From: a candidate division WOR-3 bacterium
Lineage (GTDB): Bacteria; Hydrothermota; Hydrothermia; LBFQ01
Direction: 5' to 3'
Length of the DNA stretch: 64,000 bases
Assembly (NCBI GenBank): GCA_027050205.1
Contig: JALUCS010000118.1
Coordinates: forward strand, 1-64,000
Positions within the stretch are counted from its first letter, which is position 1. Each line of letters starts with the position of its first letter. The notes under the pieces are model-generated. The model was given only the letters and a program-made list of their open reading frames with translations. It had not been told where the DNA came from and made no database searches. Position numbers and translations under genes: made by a program. Below, piece by piece: positions 9,152-19,139 of this stretch.

Positions 9152-10659
9152 ACGCCGCACCCCAGAATCTTCATCGCCCTCTCCCACTCCTTCTCCGTCA
9201 GTAGGTCCGGACCTACGCTCTTTTCCTTCAGGAACTTGAGGTACTCCTTACGCAGTTTCCCCATCCACTCCCTCAAAGGATCCGCCCATTCGCCCTCGTT
9301 CTCAAGGCATCTACCGTAGCGGGCGCACATATCAAGGTTGTTGAAGATGGGGTTGAGGGGTCCTTTGGCTCTGGAGATGTACGTCCTTAGGTTCTCCCTA
9401 AACTTATCCTTATTTTTCATCTCTTCCTTGAGGGCTTCCACAAGAGGGTCTATAGAGATCAGGATGTTGAATATCTTTTCGTTGGATCTGCCGTAGCGAT
9501 CGTCAAACGAGAAGGGAGGTTTGTCCGTCCTTATGAAAAACGCCGGATCCGGTCCCTTGTGGAAATCCCCGTCTCTGGAGAAGAAGGAGGCGATCACATA
9601 AGCGGCCACCTTCTCGTATATTTCCCTCCAGTTTTTCAAATCCTGACTTTTCGCCGGCCTGCTTCCCTTCATAAGGGTGACTTTGCCGTTGTAGTTGAAG
9701 TTGAGCCACAGGTTGTCTCTCAAGAAAGCCTTCGCGATGAGGAAGATCTGCCACGCTACCGGGCAGTCGTAGATCTCCTTCCACCCGGTGTCCCTTAGGG
9801 CTTCTATTGAGGAATCTTTCCACTTCTTGTGGATCGCATCGTAGCACTCCGGCCAAAGTTTCTTAAAAATATTTTTCTCCTCGGTCCCATCCTTTGCGGT
9901 TCCCTTCTGGTCCCCATCCCCTCCGCCTCTTTTGATCTTAAGCCTCTCCTCCACGATTTCTCTCAAATCCTCGGCCCCAAAGCCGTTGAAGTCGGCGTAG
10001 AGGTATAGGGTTAGGAGGGTCGTATCGTCCGGAAAACCCTTGGCATTCTCGTACAGCCTTATAAATTTACTTCGCCTCGCCTCATTGTCCTCCTCGGTGT
10101 ATATCTCGTAAAGGTCGCAGAGGTCCAGCCATCCCCTGTACGCGTAGAAACCGAGGCTACGCTTCAGGGAACCGGTTTCCTTAACTTTCTCCCACCGCCT
10201 GCTGCGTAGGGCCTTACAGATAGACTCAAACTTCGGGAAGTTGCCGGACAGGAGAGCAGGTAGGCTGGAGTGCTTTAAGATCCCCTTGCAGCAATCGGGG
10301 ACGATGCCAGCCCTTTCAAAGAGGACGCACAGGAACTTTTTCTGAAGCGGGCCAGCAGTGTATTTGAGGACGTGCCGAATCCCTTGAATGGGGCGGGATA
10401 CGTTGGCCATTATGTAATCCTTGAGGATGGGGCTGTCAAGAATTGTTAGGACGTCCGACAGGTGTTCCTTTACCTCTTCGGAGGAGCCTGCAACGAAGAG
10501 CCAGGCCATAAAGGCGTCAATCTTGGCGTAGTCCCTTGAGGATAGAGGGGGTTTAAGGTTCTTGAGATCTTCAAGGTAGCGGGTATCAAAGGGAACGGTC
10601 TCAATATCTACCTCTACAGAGGGGGCAACTCGTATATAAAACGCATTATCTCTGGCCAT
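9148..10659 (-). CDS. Hypothetical protein (503 aa, largely helical)
   Basis: Long ORF with AGGAGG Shine-Dalgarno and TATAAT upstream. No family recognised. Confidence 0.75.
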   Translation of the reverse strand: MARDNAFYIRVAPSVEVDIETVPFDTRYLEDLKNLKPPLSSRDYAKIDAFMAWLFVAGSSEEVKEHLSDVLTILDSPILKDYIMANVSRPIQGIRHVLKYTAGPLQKKFLCVLFERAGIVPDCCKGILKHSSLPALLSGNFPKFESICKALRSRRWEKVKETGSLKRSLGFYAYRGWLDLCDLYEIYTEEDNEARRSKFIRLYENAKGFPDDTTLLTLYLYADFNGFGAEDLREIVEERLKIKRGGGDGDQKGTAKDGTEEKNIFKKLWPECYDAIHKKWKDSSIEALRDTGWKEIYDCPVAWQIFLIAKAFLRDNLWLNFNYNGKVTLMKGSRPAKSQDLKNWREIYEKVAAYVIASFFSRDGDFHKGPDPAFFIRTDKPPFSFDDRYGRSNEKIFNILISIDPLVEALKEEMKNKDKFRENLRTYISRAKGPLNPIFNNLDMCARYGRCLENEGEWADPLREWMGKLRKEYLKFLKEKSVGPDLLTEKEWERAMKILGCGV

Positions 10660-10695
10660 ATCTGTCCTCCTTTTCCGGTATTATATCCCCGTACC

Positions 10696-11274
10696 TTAGG
10701 GTACAAGACCGCCGTCCCCGTAGAGTAGGGCCGTATCTCCCAAGGCGAACAGGATGCGATGGACGGAGAGGCTGCCGCTCCTTAGTCGCTTGAACCACCT
10801 CTCAACGGCGTAGGGACCTCTGTGCCGGAGTTCCCTGACGCACCACCGGTATGGCCAACGCCACCACCACTCGTCCCACCACTCCCAATTTACCCAGTAG
10901 TAGGGTCCGAAGGGAGGGGCGAAGATCACGGGGTAGTGGTCCGAGACGACCACAAGGTGCCTGTGGGAGAAGTTGTCGCACCCGTCCAGCCACTCCAAGA
11001 TATGCTCACAGGCCCCAAGTACGTAGGAGTAGGAATCCATCCTCTTGGCCGGTAGGAAGACGAGATTGACGGGAAAGCATCCGGCAGGCTTTCCGGGGTA
11101 CATGTTTATGATGGGCTTACCGCTGCCGGCTCTGTCCTCCCCCTTAAGGATGGAGCCGACGAGGTCGTTAAGGTCCCGAACCTCCTTTAAGATGCGCAGT
11201 ATTCGGCGGACCTCCTCAAGACCCGCCTCTATCAGCCTCTCATCTTCCCTGGGTTCGTTGGGTCTCTCCATCAT
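10696..11274 (-). CDS. Hypothetical protein with a Trp-rich segment
   Basis: ORF is open from 11337; ATG 11274 lies 8 nt after TACAGT. Contains WVNWEWWDEWWWRWPYRW. Confidence 0.65.
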   Translation of the reverse strand: MMERPNEPREDERLIEAGLEEVRRILRILKEVRDLNDLVGSILKGEDRAGSGKPIINMYPGKPAGCFPVNLVFLPAKRMDSYSYVLGACEHILEWLDGCDNFSHRHLVVVSDHYPVIFAPPFGPYYWVNWEWWDEWWWRWPYRWCVRELRHRGPYAVERWFKRLRSGSLSVHRILFALGDTALLYGDGGLVP

Positions 11275-11379
11275 AGGGGGACACTGTAAGGGGGGAAGGT
11301 ACCCGCCGGACGAGGGTTTGAACGCTTGGGCGTTCAAAGGAGGGGTATGTTTTGTATTGCAGGGGTTATAATAGTCGCT

Positions 11380-11955
11380 ATGGCTACACTTAAAGCGAAG
11401 ATACGGGACGGAAGGTTAGATATGGAGTTGGAACGACGTTCCTTTGATGAGGATAGGGGGATCAGGAGACTCTTCAAGGAGGAATTCCGCGGAGGCAGGG
11501 ATAGGGATTACATCCTGTACGTTGAGGATAGATATACAAGGGAGGACCGGAAGGAGGTCCTTAAGGTTGAGATAGGAAAGTATGCTGGGTCCAATGAGGA
11601 TTTCCCACATTTTTTGACAAAAACGGATTTTCTAAGAAAAGTTGATAAAAATTTTTCATTAGAGGACTTTGGAAACGGTTTCTGTGTTATAGTTGCGAAA
11701 GATGACAAAAATTATATAGTAATTTCTGTAAAGATCGTTGATGTTCAAAAATACACGTTCGCCTTCTTCGGGAGTATTGAGGAGGACCTTACCTTTCCAC
11801 CCAACAGCATATTGGGGATAATGTCCTCCCAGGACGCCAGCGTAGGGCCACTTCTGTGGTTGTACGAGGATGTGGTATCGGATATTATCCGGGACTTAAA
11901 ATATATGGGGTTCTGTGTTAGAACTTCTAAAGGTTGTAATAGTGGGCGTTTTTGA
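11380..11955 (+). CDS. Hypothetical protein
   Basis: ATG 11380 lies 7 nt after TATAAT (11367-11372). The middle third is AT-rich. Confidence 0.65.
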   Translation: MATLKAKIRDGRLDMELERRSFDEDRGIRRLFKEEFRGGRDRDYILYVEDRYTREDRKEVLKVEIGKYAGSNEDFPHFLTKTDFLRKVDKNFSLEDFGNGFCVIVAKDDKNYIVISVKIVDVQKYTFAFFGSIEEDLTFPPNSILGIMSSQDASVGPLLWLYEDVVSDIIRDLKYMGFCVRTSKGCNSGRF

Positions 11956-12088
11956 TTTGAATAAACTTACCTCCCGTCCCTCCACCAGGGCGAGGCCTTC
12001 GTCTCCGGGGTCGCCATAAGGTACCCGATAATCGTAAAGGTAGGGGCGTAGGGGATAGGAGACGGCCTTACAATATCGGTACAAGGGT

Positions 12089-12493
12089 ATGGGAAACGCT
12101 ATCGTAGAGGCTATGATGCTATTGCTCGGTCTGGAGGACCCTACGGTGAAGTCTCCCCTCCTCAAGGCACCCCAACCGGGCCAACCCAATGGAGCCATCC
12201 CCCAGATAAAACGCACCATAACACGTATCATCAAAGAGGGAGGATATAAGGAGATATACGTAGGGCTGGCATCCTTCTCGGATATAGGGGGGTACGACAG
12301 CGGCAAGAACTTGGGAGAGTTTGAGGTGGGAAGTGTGGTATATAGGACGAAGAACTGGCCGTACGCCCGTCGTGTTGAAAAGGCCATCATCCAGCACTAC
12401 CAAAAGAAGGGTATCGTTAAGGTACTAAGCGACGAGGGAAGTTCCCGGAGAAAGGGGGAACCACCCTACTACGTCTTCGTGGTGTTTAGGTAA
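12089..12493 (+). CDS. Small hypothetical protein, possibly GIY-YIG-like
   Basis: Pattern EIYVG...VYRT...ARRVEKAII...PYYVFVV; followed by a hairpin. Confidence 0.55.
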   Translation: MGNAIVEAMMLLLGLEDPTVKSPLLKAPQPGQPNGAIPQIKRTITRIIKEGGYKEIYVGLASFSDIGGYDSGKNLGEFEVGSVVYRTKNWPYARRVEKAIIQHYQKKGIVKVLSDEGSSRRKGEPPYYVFVVFR

Positions 12494-12512
12494 AGGGGAG
12501 TTCCTCCCCTTT
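12492..12512 (+). terminator. Putative intrinsic terminator hairpin
   Basis: AAAGGGGAG-TTC-CTCCCCTTT directly at the stop codon. Confidence 0.55.
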
Positions 12513-12564
12513 CCCCGCCAGCATCCATATCAGGTCATCTTAGCGACATCTTTAGAATCTCGTT

Positions 12565-13401
12565 ATGGCAACTCCCATCCGCGACATCGTCTTGGACATA
12601 GAAACCATCGGGGCAGAGTTGACCTATAAGGAATGGGAGTACCTGACCAAGAGGAAGGAGTCCCTCCCCGAAGAGGAGTGGGCGGAGTACGAAGATAAAG
12701 TAAAGAAGCAGATAGCCCTATGGGGGCTGACCGGCCATGTGGTGAGTGTAGCGATAGGGATAGTGGAGAGGACGGACGGCAACGGTGGTGTTAAGTTCGT
12801 TGAGGGTAAGGTGCTTTATCTATCCGACGAGGATGACCCTCCGGGTGGGTCGTGGCCGAAGTCTAAGCTTATGAAGTTAGGTAGGGGGAAATATGCCGGG
12901 ACGTTCCCCGTTAAGCTTAAGAAGTTCGGCATAGAGGAGGGGGTAGAGGAGGCGGAGAGGCGGCTGATCTCCGAGGTCTGGGAGATAGTAGGGGGAGAGG
13001 GGGAGCAGGAAGGGAGAAAGGAAGGAAGACTCGTGACGTACAACGGACGGAGGTTTGACATCCCCTTCCTTATGCTCCGCTCTCTCGTCCTTGAGGTCCC
13101 CATAAGCAAATATCACCTCAAGAGTCGTTACGACTACGCCAACCACTTGGATGTGATGGACGTCCTCTCCCTCCATGGCCTGAACAGGTTTGCCTCCCTT
13201 GACTTCGTAAGCCGCCGCCTTGGGATCCCCACGCCCAAGGGTGATATGGACGGAAGTAAGGTTGAGGAGTATTTCAAGGAGGGGAGATACGACGACATAG
13301 CCCTCTACAACCTACAGGACGTCTACGCCACCTTCCTGGTCTACGAGCGTCTCATCCGTATCTTTGGCCCGATGATAGACAAAGCACAAAATCCAAGGTA
13401 G
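12565..13401 (+). CDS. PolB-exonuclease-like 3'-5' exonuclease (RNase H fold, standalone)
   Basis: ExoI LDIET, ExoII YNGRRFDIPFL, HLD, ExoIII YNLQDV. Confidence 0.85.
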   Translation: MATPIRDIVLDIETIGAELTYKEWEYLTKRKESLPEEEWAEYEDKVKKQIALWGLTGHVVSVAIGIVERTDGNGGVKFVEGKVLYLSDEDDPPGGSWPKSKLMKLGRGKYAGTFPVKLKKFGIEEGVEEAERRLISEVWEIVGGEGEQEGRKEGRLVTYNGRRFDIPFLMLRSLVLEVPISKYHLKSRYDYANHLDVMDVLSLHGLNRFASLDFVSRRLGIPTPKGDMDGSKVEEYFKEGRYDDIALYNLQDVYATFLVYERLIRIFGPMIDKAQNPR

Positions 13402-13495
13402 GGAAATTGGGAAAATCGCAGATAAACCCCATTTGAACGCCTAACCGTTCAAAAAAACTCTTCAATTACGCAACACCTCTGCATAATATTGCCCT

Positions 13496-14338
13496 ATGAT
13501 GAGGAAGGCGGCACTTCTGACGATCGTTCTTGTTTCTCTCTCCTCCTGCAGGAGGGATACCAAGGGCTACGAGGATCCAACCCCACCCGCCCCTTCAAAA
13601 CTTAGGCTTGAGGCCGTAAACGAGGGGGCGGACCTGAAACTCACGTGGACCCCTTCGGAGGGTGCCGATAAGTACAGGGTATATTGCGACGGCTTCCTAA
13701 GATGGGAGGGGAAGGACACCACCCACACCCTCCGCGGTGAAGACGGCGTATGCGACAGCGTTAGCGTGACCGCCCTTAGGGGGGCGAACGAATCGTGGCA
13801 CACTACGAGGTACCTGATACCATGGTACGCCGCCCTGTGGATGGAATCGGACGGTATCTCCTCTACACCGTGGGTGAGGATAGATTTCCGTATACCCTCG
13901 GCGAGGAAGGTTTCGGATGCCGACATAGACATCTCCAGACCCAAGACGGGGTACTTCCTCCTATGCGACGAGGCCTCCTATCGCTGCGGGGGTATGGAGG
14001 TGAGGGACGTAAGTTCCGCGACGGGCCTGGGGACGGCCGATATGGAGTTCGCCTTCTCTCCGAGGGGTAGTTTTGACTACCTCGCCCCTCCCACCGGAAA
14101 CTACAGGACCGTAGAGTCTTTGGACGTCGTACCCGGCTACAGCTACAGCCTCTTCTTCTGGGCGGACCTCACTTCCGACGGCTACGGTTCTATGGACAGC
14201 AACGATTACTTCGGTATCTTGTACTTCTCGTCCTTCCGATACGAGGACAGTGAACGCACAACCTACAGCACCTACCTTGAGATATACATTCAAAACAACG
14301 TGAAAGGCTTAAGGTGGGTAACACCCTATTGGTTCTAA
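13496..14338 (+). CDS. Lipoprotein with an FN3-like N-terminal domain
   Basis: Lipobox LSSC after a basic/hydrophobic signal; P..L......LTW......Y.VY pattern. Confidence 0.7.
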   Translation: MMRKAALLTIVLVSLSSCRRDTKGYEDPTPPAPSKLRLEAVNEGADLKLTWTPSEGADKYRVYCDGFLRWEGKDTTHTLRGEDGVCDSVSVTALRGANESWHTTRYLIPWYAALWMESDGISSTPWVRIDFRIPSARKVSDADIDISRPKTGYFLLCDEASYRCGGMEVRDVSSATGLGTADMEFAFSPRGSFDYLAPPTGNYRTVESLDVVPGYSYSLFFWADLTSDGYGSMDSNDYFGILYFSSFRYEDSERTTYSTYLEIYIQNNVKGLRWVTPYWF

Positions 14339-15112
14339 ACGGAGGCGCGAACGGCGGATGGAGGGGCAAAGGGACGGTCCTTGGCGTCCCGTCGCAGGGC
14401 TTTGGCCATCGCGGGATCACCCCGTGCCAATACGATTCCGCCCCTCCATCCCTTCCTAAAAAGGTGCCGGGGAGATAGAATTACCATAAACGTATGTTTA
14501 AAAACCGAAGGTCAGACTTTCAAAAAACCGATAAACTTAAAGGCCTTGAAACACCGTTGCAAGATTTTGAACGGGAAAGGCTCGTACGGCGATAGACGGT
14601 TTGATGTCGCATTGTACCCCTTACGAGGGATTCTGAACGGCATCGGAACTACATTTTCAGCGAATAGGGGGATGATAGGAATGATCGGGCGTTCGGATAT
14701 ATCCTCGGAAATTATAAACTTTTCTTCATAAATTTAATCTCCGTTAAGAATTTGATGTATCACGAATTTACGCATACGCATGTAAGAGGATAGACCCCCG
14801 CCGCACTGCATTGGGCCGTCTGCACCTTCAAAAACTATAAGCAAAGTTTCAAAAAACTGAAATTTACATTTCAGGAAATCGCAAGTTGCGCTTTAGGATT
14901 TCGTAATCTCGCAATCCCCATTAACGAATTTTTAACGGCATCAAGTGGTACGATCCACCTTTATACGGAAATGTGGATTTAGGCATATGCGATACGGAAG
15001 ACAACGCCCATCGGAGGATGCATCACCTCATCCCAAGAATACCTTGTATAGTGAAGGATTCTCGCAATACCCATTACGGGATCTTAGCGCCCCCAAACCG
15101 ATATGCGGTTCC

Positions 15113-15748
15113 CTACACGATGTGCGATAGCAGTACGTACGTACCAGCCCCGATGAGGGTCGCGAGGAGGTTGGTGGTGTCGTTTCCGAAGAAACCCCGG
15201 GATTCCAACACGGCCCCGATGATACTGTCGCTTAAGAATCCAACGGAGGCGGCGAGGACTACGGCCCAGGGGTTCCCCTCACTGGAGAGTAGGGAGAATG
15301 AGGCCATCAAAAGGGACGTCAGAATACCGGCGACGGTTCCGGGTAAACTCACACCTCCGGACGTACCGGGAGGAACCTCCGCAAAGGTAGTTATGAGGTA
15401 GGCCCTCTTGGAGAGCCTCGTCCCCACCTCCGTGGCCACCGTATCCGAGAAGGCCGTAGCGAGGGCCGTCAGATAGGCTCCGGGGTCCCCCAGAAGAGCG
15501 AAGAGGGTAGCCACACCCCCGTTGGCGAGGACCTGACGTACGTTCCTTCTACCCTCTCTCCCCCTTGATAGGAGGGAGCCAACGCCGAGGAATAGGACGG
15601 CGGGGAGGGTCCAGAACCATCCGAGACGCACTACGATGCCAAAGCCCATGAGGGAGACGGCGATGGAGGCCGTGGGGGTTAGCCACCCTAAGATGGCCGC
15701 CCCCATACCAACGGTGAGGCTGACGGTTAGGGCGGCAAGTACCTTCAC
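15113..15748 (-). CDS. DUF92 (TMEM19-like) integral membrane protein
   Basis: Motifs RNVRQVLANGG, SDTVATEVG, PGTSGGVS.PG and NDTTNLLAT. GTG 15748 is the probable start. Confidence 0.85.
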   Translation of the reverse strand: MKVLAALTVSLTVGMGAAILGWLTPTASIAVSLMGFGIVVRLGWFWTLPAVLFLGVGSLLSRGREGRRNVRQVLANGGVATLFALLGDPGAYLTALATAFSDTVATEVGTRLSKRAYLITTFAEVPPGTSGGVSLPGTVAGILTSLLMASFSLLSSEGNPWAVVLAASVGFLSDSIIGAVLESRGFFGNDTTNLLATLIGAGTYVLLSHIV

Positions 15749-15808
15749 GGTAGAGTATTTATAAGGCCGAAAACAGCTCCCCATCCTCCGGCGTTATAAT
15801 CCCCTCTT

Positions 15809-17470
15809 ATGAAAAAAATAGGATTTCTCGTCTTGCCTATTCTGGGCCTTGCGGTAAGCCCACTTCCCGGAAAGACGACCAGTGGTAAGGTGAAGAAGCT
15901 CCCTTACAGCGTTTGCTCTACGCCTTCGGTCTACCTGAAGGCCCGTATAGCCGTCAACCCCGCCGGTAAATACACCCAGAACTTCCGCGGCAACCTCCGT
16001 ACCTACCTCGCCGTCATAGCGAAGAAGGCCAAGAGCCGCATTCTCAAGAACTCCTCCAACTCCATAAAGGTGGTGGGCGTATCCTTCTCCGAGACGCCCT
16101 TTGGCACCTTCTCTAAGCTCATAAACAACGACAAGAACGCCGCCCTCCATAGGGACGACACGGCGGCCGCTAAAACCCCGTACCTGATAGACATCCTGGT
16201 GGGCGAAGACTCCTACGGCATAGTCGGAAAGATATGGCTCATAAACCTTGAGAGCGAGTACGTATATAACGTCTACGAGGCGAGGGTGCCTTCTACGAGC
16301 GTCAGGGACGTCCTCCAGGCCATAATCCTCATCACCAACAGCCTCGCCGACTCCCTTGGAAACGTCCTGACCAAGATAGCCTTGAAGGAAACTATGACCT
16401 CCCTCTCCGTAGCAGTTAAGCCGGAGGCCGACATATCCCAGGACAAGTACGTTGCCATAAGGGTAAATAACGCCTTCAACTACGAGGGTAAGTCCCTCAA
16501 GGACGTCGTCGGTAAGAGGCTGGGGGTCGCCGTCAGGCTGAAGCCCGGAACCCCCGGCAAGATAACGAGCGGTGTAGCCGTGGGTAACGGTTGGCACATC
16601 GTAAGGGGCGAGAACCCCGTCGTACTCTATCAGCCCCCGGCCTGTAGTTTCTTCAACAAGCAGAATCCCATAAAGGTGGAGTTGGAGTTCAAACCCGCCT
16701 GTCCGAGGGACGACAAAATCATAGCCGGAGTCAATCCGGTCGTAAACGGTAGGGACAACTTTACCGTGAAGGCTCCTTACGCTTGGAGGGTGCGCACACT
16801 CGTCAACGCGAAGTCCAAGAACACCGAGCTGAAGTTTGAGATAAACTACATCCTCCACAGCAAATTCACCTGTAAGAGGTACGCCGACTACTCCACCAAG
16901 TACGCCCAAACCTTCGGGATAGATGGGAACGACGTCCTCCTCTTCAGCGACAACTTCCTCAACGGAAAGGAACCGGGGAAGACTAAGGATAAGGGTAAGG
17001 TCCTCTCTGTCAAGTACTCGGACTGCGGTGTCTTGGATCCTTGGACGTTGAAGGATCCCTCCATAGATACGGTCTTCGTCGTCATATACGGACCGCAGAA
17101 CGTCCCCAACGCCGACCTTCGCTACTACATCAACGGCGGCATAATGAAGAGCAGCGTAGGGAGCGAGAACACCATCTTTGACCTCTTGGGCATACGCGTG
17201 GTAGGTGGAGACAGGGTAAGGTTCAAGGACGTACCGGTCTTCACGAACGACCCCCTGACCTTTGAGGGGAAGAGGGCGACCTTCCTCTCCTTCAAACCCT
17301 TCTCGGCCGAGGCCGTCCTAACCCACACCTTCACCAACTCCGGGTGCGGCAAGGAGAAGCTCCAGATAACCGCCCAGACCACCCTTGAACCCATCATAGA
17401 GTGCGACTGCGTAGCCTTCAAGCTCAAGGAGGAGGGCAAAGGTGGAGAGGGGCAAAAGGGTAAGAAGTAA
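15809..17470 (+). CDS. Secreted hypothetical protein (CsgG/TolB_N-like N-terminus, beta-rich remainder)
   Basis: Canonical signal MKKIGFLVLPILGLA; strong C-ending codon bias; TATAAT 8 nt upstream. Confidence 0.75.
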   Translation: MKKIGFLVLPILGLAVSPLPGKTTSGKVKKLPYSVCSTPSVYLKARIAVNPAGKYTQNFRGNLRTYLAVIAKKAKSRILKNSSNSIKVVGVSFSETPFGTFSKLINNDKNAALHRDDTAAAKTPYLIDILVGEDSYGIVGKIWLINLESEYVYNVYEARVPSTSVRDVLQAIILITNSLADSLGNVLTKIALKETMTSLSVAVKPEADISQDKYVAIRVNNAFNYEGKSLKDVVGKRLGVAVRLKPGTPGKITSGVAVGNGWHIVRGENPVVLYQPPACSFFNKQNPIKVELEFKPACPRDDKIIAGVNPVVNGRDNFTVKAPYAWRVRTLVNAKSKNTELKFEINYILHSKFTCKRYADYSTKYAQTFGIDGNDVLLFSDNFLNGKEPGKTKDKGKVLSVKYSDCGVLDPWTLKDPSIDTVFVVIYGPQNVPNADLRYYINGGIMKSSVGSENTIFDLLGIRVVGGDRVRFKDVPVFTNDPLTFEGKRATFLSFKPFSAEAVLTHTFTNSGCGKEKLQITAQTTLEPIIECDCVAFKLKEEGKGGEGQKGKK

Positions 17471-17485
17471 AAGGAGGTAGAGGGT

Positions 17486-17911
17486 ATGGCATACAGACCG
17501 CTTTCCCATACGGCGGAGATAGGTTTTGAGGTCAGCAGTATGGACCTCAACAAGCTCTTCGTAGAGAGCGCCAGGGCCTTTTTCAGAGAACTCCTTGGGA
17601 CCCTTTACGGCATAAAGATCCACCAGGAGAAGAAGGCCACCTTTGAGGCCGAGGACCTGGAGGAGCTACTCCACAAGTGGCTCTCCTTCCTCCTCACGGA
17701 GTTTGAGGTGAACAAGATGGTGTACCGCCAGTTTGAGGTGAATATAGACTTTGAGGGGGACAGGTTCGTGATGGAGGCCACGATGGGCGGGGAACACTTT
17801 GACCCGGAGAAGCACAAGATAAAGAGGCACCTGAAGGCCGTGACCCGCCACAAGCTCCACGTTGAGAGGGAAAGGGGCATCTGGAGGGCCTCGGTGGTAA
17901 TAGACGTGTAG
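17486..17911 (+). CDS. Archease
   Basis: YRPLSHTAEIG...LKAVTRH...VVIDV; GGAGG Shine-Dalgarno. Confidence 0.9.
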   Translation: MAYRPLSHTAEIGFEVSSMDLNKLFVESARAFFRELLGTLYGIKIHQEKKATFEAEDLEELLHKWLSFLLTEFEVNKMVYRQFEVNIDFEGDRFVMEATMGGEHFDPEKHKIKRHLKAVTRHKLHVERERGIWRASVVIDV

Positions 17912-17917
17912 GTTGGT

Positions 17918-18799
17918 ATGTTGGTCTTCCACAGTCCCAAGGAGATGCAGCTTTTCGCCAATCAGATGCGGAGGGAGGGGAAGGTAATAGGTTTCGTTCC
18001 CACTATGGGCGCCCTCCACGAGGGACACCTCCGCCTCATAAGGAAGGCCCGACGGGAGTCCGATATAACCGTCGTCAGCATCTTCGTAAATCCCATACAG
18101 TTTGACGACGCCAACGATTTCGCCAAGTACCCCCGCACCCTTGACGAGGACAGGTACAAGCTTGAGATGGAGGGGGTGCAGGTCCTCTTCACCCCCTCCG
18201 CCGACGATATGTATCCCCCCGGCTTCTCTACCTTCGTGGAGGTCCAGAACCTTGACCGCTATATGGAGGGGTCTCACCGCCCCGGACACTTCAGGGGAGT
18301 CACCACCGTCGTACTGAAGCTCTTCAACATCGTAAAGCCCCACTTCGCCGTCTTCGGCCTGAAGGACGCCCAGCAGTACTACATAGTGAAGAGGATGGTT
18401 GAGGACCTCAACCTTGACCTTGAGATAGTCCCCCATGAGACCGTTAGGGAGCCGGACGGCCTCGCTATGTCCTCCCGGAACAGGCTCCTTTCCCCGGAGA
18501 GCCGCAAACAGGCTACGGCCCTCTACAGGGCCTTGAAGCTCGGTAAGGAGATGATCTTCTCCGGTGAGAGGGACCCGTGGAAGGTGAAGGAGGAGATGAG
18601 GAGGTTCCTTGAGAGGGAGGCCCCCCTCGGCAAGATAGACTACGTGGAGATAGCCAGCATCCCCGACCTCCAGCCCGTAAGCGAGATTGAGGGAAAGGTG
18701 CTCCTCGCCCTCGCCGTGCGGTTCCCGGAAGCGCGCCTTATAGACAACTTCATACTCCTGCCCGATGACGGCCTCGTGTGGAATGAGAAGGTTGGATGA
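17918..18799 (+). CDS. panC: Pantoate-beta-alanine ligase
   Basis: VPTMGALHEGH, SIFVNPIQF, RPGHFRGV, GLAMSSRN, RLIDN. Confidence 0.97.
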   Translation: MLVFHSPKEMQLFANQMRREGKVIGFVPTMGALHEGHLRLIRKARRESDITVVSIFVNPIQFDDANDFAKYPRTLDEDRYKLEMEGVQVLFTPSADDMYPPGFSTFVEVQNLDRYMEGSHRPGHFRGVTTVVLKLFNIVKPHFAVFGLKDAQQYYIVKRMVEDLNLDLEIVPHETVREPDGLAMSSRNRLLSPESRKQATALYRALKLGKEMIFSGERDPWKVKEEMRRFLEREAPLGKIDYVEIASIPDLQPVSEIEGKVLLALAVRFPEARLIDNFILLPDDGLVWNEKVG

Positions 18800-18848
18800 A
18801 GGTTGGGGGTAAAGGAGACCAAAAGCGCCCTTAGAATAGGCGTAGGTT

Positions 18849-19139
18849 ATGGAGAGGTGGAAGGAGGAGCTTGATAGGTTCGCCTTGAGGCTCCACCGTA
18901 TGGGTTTGGGTACGGTGGCGATGTTTATCCTGGAGAGTATGAAACCCCTGTCCGGAGTTTTCCTGAACTTGGGCGTATTCGGCAGGCCGTTCGTAGACCT
19001 CTTCGTACCTACGGACATCTACAACCGTCTCCTTGAGGTACTTGAAGACCGCGATAAGGTGGAGTACCTAATAGACAAACTGGAGGAGTTGGAAGATGGC
19101 ACTTTGGTCGCTGATGGTTCAGATAGACCTGGGAACTAA
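18849..19139 (+). CDS. Small conserved-looking hypothetical protein
   Basis: 96-aa ORF with FILESMKPLS; overlaps the next gene. Confidence 0.7.
   Translation: MERWKEELDRFALRLHRMGLGTVAMFILESMKPLSGVFLNLGVFGRPFVDLFVPTDIYNRLLEVLEDRDKVEYLIDKLEELEDGTLVADGSDRPGN

Noticed and set aside
854..13401. Intact prophage
   Set aside because: No terminase, capsid, tail, integrase or lysis genes were recognisable.
14356..14451. tRNA or tRNA-Sec interpretation of the structured element
   Set aside because: TACGATTCC resembles a T-loop, but its flanks do not pair and no valid anticodon arm forms.
14381..15401. ORFs 14381-14731, 14945-15130 and 14973-15401
   Set aside because: No motifs or typical codon usage; the latter two overlap the DUF92 gene on the opposite strand.
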